From Botryllus schlosseri (Eukaryota), in NCBI GenBank assembly GCA_051294905.1, contig CM119378.1, positions 7,440,001 to 7,504,000 of the forward strand: a DNA stretch of 64,000 bases, given 5' to 3'. This document shows, piece by piece, positions 61,101-64,000 of this stretch. The translations under genes and the position numbers were made by a program. Under the pieces are notes generated by a model that saw only the letters and a list, made by a program, of their open reading frames with translations, ran no database searches and was not told where the DNA came from. Positions within the stretch are counted from its first letter, which is position 1, and each line of letters opens with the position of its first letter.

Positions 61101-63365
61101 ATTTGTCCCCTAGAGATTAGCGTGATCGTCCTATGAGGGTGATTTTGAACCGGTGAATGTGATTCACGATATTAAAGTTTCATTGTCAAAAACGCAATCA
61201 GACATAAGCCGACCTAGTTGCAAAAGAAATTGGCTACGCCTGTCACATTGACACCATAAAATCAAACATTTCGTTCTGAGCTGATTTTGTAAGGGTCCGT
61301 GAGTCATTCAAAAAATTGCCACGTGACCATTTCGTGAATTTTTTTCAAAAGTTTGAGAACCACTGTTCTAGATGATTTCATAATGTATAATTGTTGATCA
61401 AATATATATTTTAGAGATCAAATGCGCAACCGAAACGTTGCAAGACACGGATCACTACAATGTGTCCTACTGTCCTGGTGATTCAAAGATTGGATCAAGC
61501 TGTTCAATCACATGCAAAGCTGGGTATAAATTGCAGACCGGAACTGAAATGAAGGAGTGGAAAGCAATTTGCAAAAAACATAGTGATGGGTTACCTGCCT
61601 CTTGGAACTTGAATTTAGCACCTTCATGCGAGGGTAAGAGAATAATGAAATTTAAATAATGAATCTTTCATTGTATATATAAAAAATAAAGATTATTCTG
61701 ATTATGACCTGATTGAAGTGTATGTATCTCAGTTTCAAAATTATTTTTTTGTGAAAAATGATCATAAATCTAACTATCCGAAACTGCATGAATACATTTC
61801 AATCAGACTGGGCTCTTGAAATTGCTTTATTCATAATGATTGTAGCAACGTTAAGCTAGCATAGCAACCAATAATCATGTTGGCGGCATGCAAATAGATC
61901 AGGTACATGTAAACCAGATACACTTCCATGGATAGGCGTAAGAAAGCGAACTCGCAGTTAAATGTCATGTATTAGTTTGCGGCAGTCATCACCGTCGGGA
62001 TGACATGCAAATGAATATAGTCTGCTCTACCAAATTATACTTCTCGCTCGCATGGTCTTACCAGTATGACGCGGGCATGATGTTGACATCCTTGAAGCAG
62101 AATCACGTCTTCAGCATTTCTGCATCATCAATGGTACAGTGACCTACATGCTGCAAGAAAGTTATTTACAGCAAGGTCTGCATATGTAGTCTGATTTTTC
62201 CTACTGGCAATAACTTCATCACAATTTTTCGAAAATGGTGATGTTAGTCAATGTTACATTGCATGGCGAGTTTTGACTTGAAATTCATGAATCCATCCAT
62301 CAAGCGTACATTCAAATATTATCATCATCAAATTTGACATTCATGGGCTATATCAGTTACGCTAGACCAGTGGTTCTTCATCTTTTTGTCTTCGCGGACC
62401 ATTTTTTTCAAATTTAGCTCTTCTATCGTGCAATCGTCATCTGTCCTCTGCAAATATCAGCTACATGCTAGTGACAAACAGCAACAAAATTACCATTCTT
62501 GAAAATAACATCATGGCCTACTATGTATGTAGAAATTGGAAATACTTTTATTATTTCAAAGGTAATTCTGTAGCTGAATTTCTTGAGATACGCAGACGTG
62601 TCTTGAAAATACACACCGTCTATTTCATACGAACTACCGTAAGTCATCTAAGTTTGGTTTGATTTTAGATACAGTCCACCACTTCTTGCCGGTTTTGAAC
62701 AAATCTACTTTTTCAACTATTTACTTGAGTACCTTCCAGATCCTTCGTTTTCTACTCCCTCTTAAAGTAGTTTTGATAGATCTTGGGAATTGCTACTTGT
62801 AATTGAGTAGAAATTTACTTCCACTTCTATGTGAGTAGTAACGTTGACCATTTTAACCCCCCTCCTGGAAAAATAACAACAGAAAACTACATTACTGCTA
62901 TCATAATATGACTATGAATCAGATAAGAAAGTCAAATTTCCGGTAGCTAACCAGAACCCATACTAAACCTGCAAGCAGCCCAGTTTTGCAGTTTTGGGTC
63001 ACACTTTGCCGACCACTGCTGTAAGGTGTAAGTTGGATATTGGATAGCGATGAAAATTCCTCATTGTGGTCCTGGTCTTCCACGTTATATTTTTGAGAAG
63101 ATGTTATGTTAGATAGCTATATTGATTGAAATTTTAACATTTTATATGGTTATATTAACAGTGGGGTGCAGATCCATGAATGTACCAAGTGATAAAAACT
63201 ACCATACTAGACAATGCACAGATGAAGTTGTTGGGAGATCTTGCCTACTCACATGTAAGGATGGTTACAGAATTAATTCAACCTCAAGGCAATGGAATGC
63301 TACATGCAATGTAATCTCAAATAGTGTTGGAAGATGGGACTTCGACAGTGCCCCTAGTTGTCAAG
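30934..63365 (+). CDS. Mosaic extracellular or receptor protein: sushi repeats, C-type-lectin-like, EGF, FN3-like, sushi; probably 3'-partial
   Basis: Frame-compatible exons: 30934(or 30943)-31137, 34661-34888, 34956-35168, 37544-37771, 37839-38051, 45672-45866, 52609-52833, 52891-53115, 56941-57054, 57110-57263, 57380-57616, 59987-60059, 60118-60312, 60372-60582, 61415-61633, 63162-63365. That they form one transcript is an inference. Confidence 0.7.
32924..33142 (+). pseudogene. Inactivated sushi exon (pseudo-exon)
   Basis: In-frame TAA at 32941-32943 (GAA in the paralog) and donor CTAAGA instead of GTAAGA at 33143. Same 219-nt length as the intact paralog 61415-61633. Confidence 0.85.
34661..35168 (+). 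CDS. Two sushi exons (34661-34888, 34956-35168), duplication unit 1
   Basis: Six Cys plus Trp pattern in each, GT-AG borders, phase 1-1. Confidence 0.88.
35437..36671 (-). mobile_element. hAT-type element, family B (TIR CAGAG(C/T)TGGATCAATT), with BED zinc-finger relic
   Basis: Perfect TSD ATCACAAT (35429-35436, 36672-36679); empty paralogous site near 38330; minus-strand relic CNNCKKKF...SNLITHL. Confidence 0.92.
37544..38051 (+). CDS. Two sushi exons (37544-37771, 37839-38051), duplication unit 2
   Basis: Same lengths (228, 213 nt) as unit 1, open frames, GT-AG borders; the flanking introns are also homologous. Confidence 0.88.
38927..39246. mobile_element. Buster-type hAT MITE, family C (TIR CAGTGATTCTC)
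   Basis: TSD GGCTAAAC/GGCTAAAT (7/8, central TA); related copies near 45061 and 30013. Confidence 0.8.
39408..39957 (-). mobile_element. Family A MITE nested in family B
   Basis: TIRs; perfect TSD ATGTTATC (39400-39407, 39958-39965). Confidence 0.92.
42205..43944 (+). pseudogene. Penelope-like retroelement relic (GIY-YIG endonuclease region)
   Basis: VYEYKCHCDCGYVGRTSKCLQERINQH, then after a frameshift SAIGKHLLD|NPICANNY...FHLCAL...P.LCQQKKFVY across the MITE insertion. Confidence 0.8.
42609..43781. mobile_element. Buster-type hAT non-autonomous element (TIR CAGAGGTCTCAAAC)
   Basis: Perfect TSD TGTTAGAT (42601-42608, 43782-43789), central TA. Confidence 0.92.
44360..45593 (+). mobile_element. 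hAT-type element, family E (TIR CAGTGTTGGGAT), with a nested family C copy at 45061-45366
   Basis: TSD TAAGTCTG/TAAGCCTG (7/8); homologous to 50683-51638. Nested copy has flanks CTCTAACA/CACCAACA. Confidence 0.82.
45672..45866 (+). CDS. Six-Cys sushi exon
   Basis: ILCPW...ATCVERSINSQCQIQCLNGF...IVCTL...FWPAPRCN; AG/GTAAGT borders, phase 1-1. Confidence 0.85.
45972..46299 (-). repeat. 3' LTR
   Basis: Direct repeat of 52033-52360. On the minus strand a TATA-like TATATAAG precedes AATAAA. Confidence 0.92.
50291..51782 (-). pseudogene. 175-aa ORF of unknown function at the gag position, interrupted by a MITE
   Basis: Removing 50683-51638 plus one TSD copy joins 51782-51639 (48 codons) in frame to 50674-50291 (127 codons plus stop). 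Confidence 0.6.
50683..51638 (+). mobile_element. Family E element inside the LTR element
   Basis: TIRs CAGTGTTGGGAT/ATCCCAACACTG; perfect TSD GTTTATGG (50675-50682, 51639-51646); (CAAGT)n and GACTCGAGTC subterminal arrays. Confidence 0.92.
52033..52360 (-). repeat. 5' LTR
   Basis: Direct repeat of 45972-46299; terminal TGCAG...CTGCA; abuts the PBS-like motif at about 52015-52032. Confidence 0.92.
52609..52833 (+). CDS. Six-Cys sushi exon
   Basis: VRCE...QDCIYGTVCTVSCARGYQF...LTCG...KWE...GLCE; phase 1-1. Confidence 0.85.
52891..53115 (+). CDS. C-type-lectin-like exon (N-terminal two thirds of the fold)
   Basis: CQYWFS...AKKHCKDVLGENAALAIL...LVGAY...YWNDG follows the CTLD pattern (C-Y-F, A..C, A.LA.I, W.DG). 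Divergent, and no canonical Ca2+ motif is seen. Confidence 0.6.
53162..53464 (-). mobile_element. Family H MITE (short)
   Basis: TIRs TAGGGTTGCCATA/TATGGTAACCCTA and homology to 24079-24496. No clean TSD. Confidence 0.75.
53730..55042. mobile_element. Foldback-like element with about 200-bp TIRs and an internal minisatellite
   Basis: Arms about 53730-53932 and 54789-55042 are inverted copies starting CC(A/G)GTGAACTCGGCC. No TSD identified. Confidence 0.75.
54378..54775. repeat. C-rich CCCTAA-containing minisatellite
   Basis: Degenerate 20-24-bp units such as CAACCCTAATATCCCCCTCC. Confidence 0.85.
55272..56649. mobile_element. Foldback element with long TIRs starting GGCAC (possibly Merlin-type)
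   Basis: About 120-bp inverted arms; perfect 8-bp TSD CATTATTC (55264-55271, 56650-56657); interior of inverted telomere-like minisatellite. Confidence 0.85.
55991..56400. mobile_element. hAT-type MITE (TIR CAGAGATGAGC)
   Basis: Perfect TSD CCACAACC (55983-55990, 56401-56408); AATCC subterminal repeats. Confidence 0.92.
56941..57054 (+). CDS. EGF-like exon
   Basis: NPCDDSKNCSGNGHCTPVGCSFLCKCQDIYYGRYCNK; donor GTGAGA. The acceptor (AAG) is less certain. Confidence 0.85.
57110..60582 (+). CDS. Five exons encoding a beta-rich linker and FN3-like modules
   Basis: 57110-57263, 57380-57616 (LNVSWP...YSVYI), 59987-60059 (FQISELDPG..LVQ), 60118-60312 (PPDSPV...INWT), 60372-60582 (KPNSVYNISV); phases 1-2-2-0-0-1 are consistent. 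Confidence 0.72.
57843..59852. mobile_element. hAT-type non-autonomous element with (GGTAT)n subterminal repeats
   Basis: TIRs CAGGGCA(C/T)GGTATGGTATG; TSD GTTGAAAG/GTTAAAAG (7/8). Confidence 0.85.
61415..61633 (+). CDS. Six-Cys sushi exon (intact paralog of 32924-33142)
   Basis: IKCATE...YCPGDSKIGSSCSITCKAGY...ICKK...SWNLNLAPSCE; AG/GTAAGA borders. Confidence 0.88.
63162..63365 (+). CDS. Six-Cys sushi exon (diverged relative of 34956 and 37839)
   Basis: GCRSM...KNYHTRQC...SCLLTCKDGYRI...WNATCNVISNS...WDFDSAPSCQ; AG/GTGAGA borders. Confidence 0.85.
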
Positions 63366-64000
63366 GTGAGATCATAAGCATTTCATAACAAATTAATTAT
63401 ATGCTGGTCTCGAAGAAGTAGAGGTTTTGGGCTGGGTTGCAAGTACGACCTACAGGGTTGGCGTGATTGCATGCAAAATAAGGTCAGCCGTGACACTTTG
63501 GGTGTGGGGGGGTTAGTCGCGCATGAAGCCAATTTTCAAATCAAACTTTTTTCTTATAGAATCAAATTAAAATATGTTTCCTAGAGCAACTCCAAATCCA
63601 AATTGTGCTTTGTCATACCAACATTGAAATTTTATATCCAAATCCGAACATACCCGTAATTTTCCATGTATAATGCGCTAAATTTAACTGATTTTTTGCC
63701 CTAAAATAGGGGGTGCGTATTATATAAGGGTACAGCAAGCCTTTAAAAAAAATTCCTCGATCAAAACTTGAAATCACACCTTTCTTCATGTTTGTTTAAA
63801 TCGCGCATTACCTCCAGCCATTGGGCCCCGTAATTCGTATTATAGAGTGTAACGCGCTGCCAAATAGAGAAGCGTGTTTCTAATTAACGAGAGTCGTCTG
63901 CAAGCACGCGATCTCTTGCTGAGTTGGTTTGCAGTTTGTACGCGAGCAAAATCAGGTCACTGATTGCTACAAGCGTGCGCGGCAATCCTTGTTGATTCAT

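Overview
Eukaryotic (metazoan) genomic DNA, AT-rich, with GT-AG introns as short as 57-60 nt. A tunicate-like invertebrate is my guess only. (1) 1-15 kb, + strand: the 3' part of a receptor-type protein tyrosine phosphatase gene. 19 exons join into one open frame of about 788 aa: juxtamembrane ectodomain with a furin-type site, TM helix, wedge, intact D1, degenerate D2, stop at 14638-14640. The 5' exons lie upstream of the window. (2) 15-30 kb: mostly nested non-autonomous hAT-type elements (many with checkable 8-bp target-site duplications), a tRNA-derived SINE and hAT transposase relics. (3) 30.9-63.4 kb, + strand: a mosaic extracellular-protein gene that probably continues past the window. 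It has nine intact and one dead six-cysteine sushi exons, a C-type-lectin-like exon, an EGF exon and FN3-like exons. Its introns hold a tandem two-exon duplication with many replacement changes, a Penelope-like relic, a very young LTR element with no recognisable pol, and two foldback elements carrying telomere-like minisatellites. No rRNA, genuine tRNA gene or CRISPR array was seen. All coordinates and splice models were read by eye; no database search was run.
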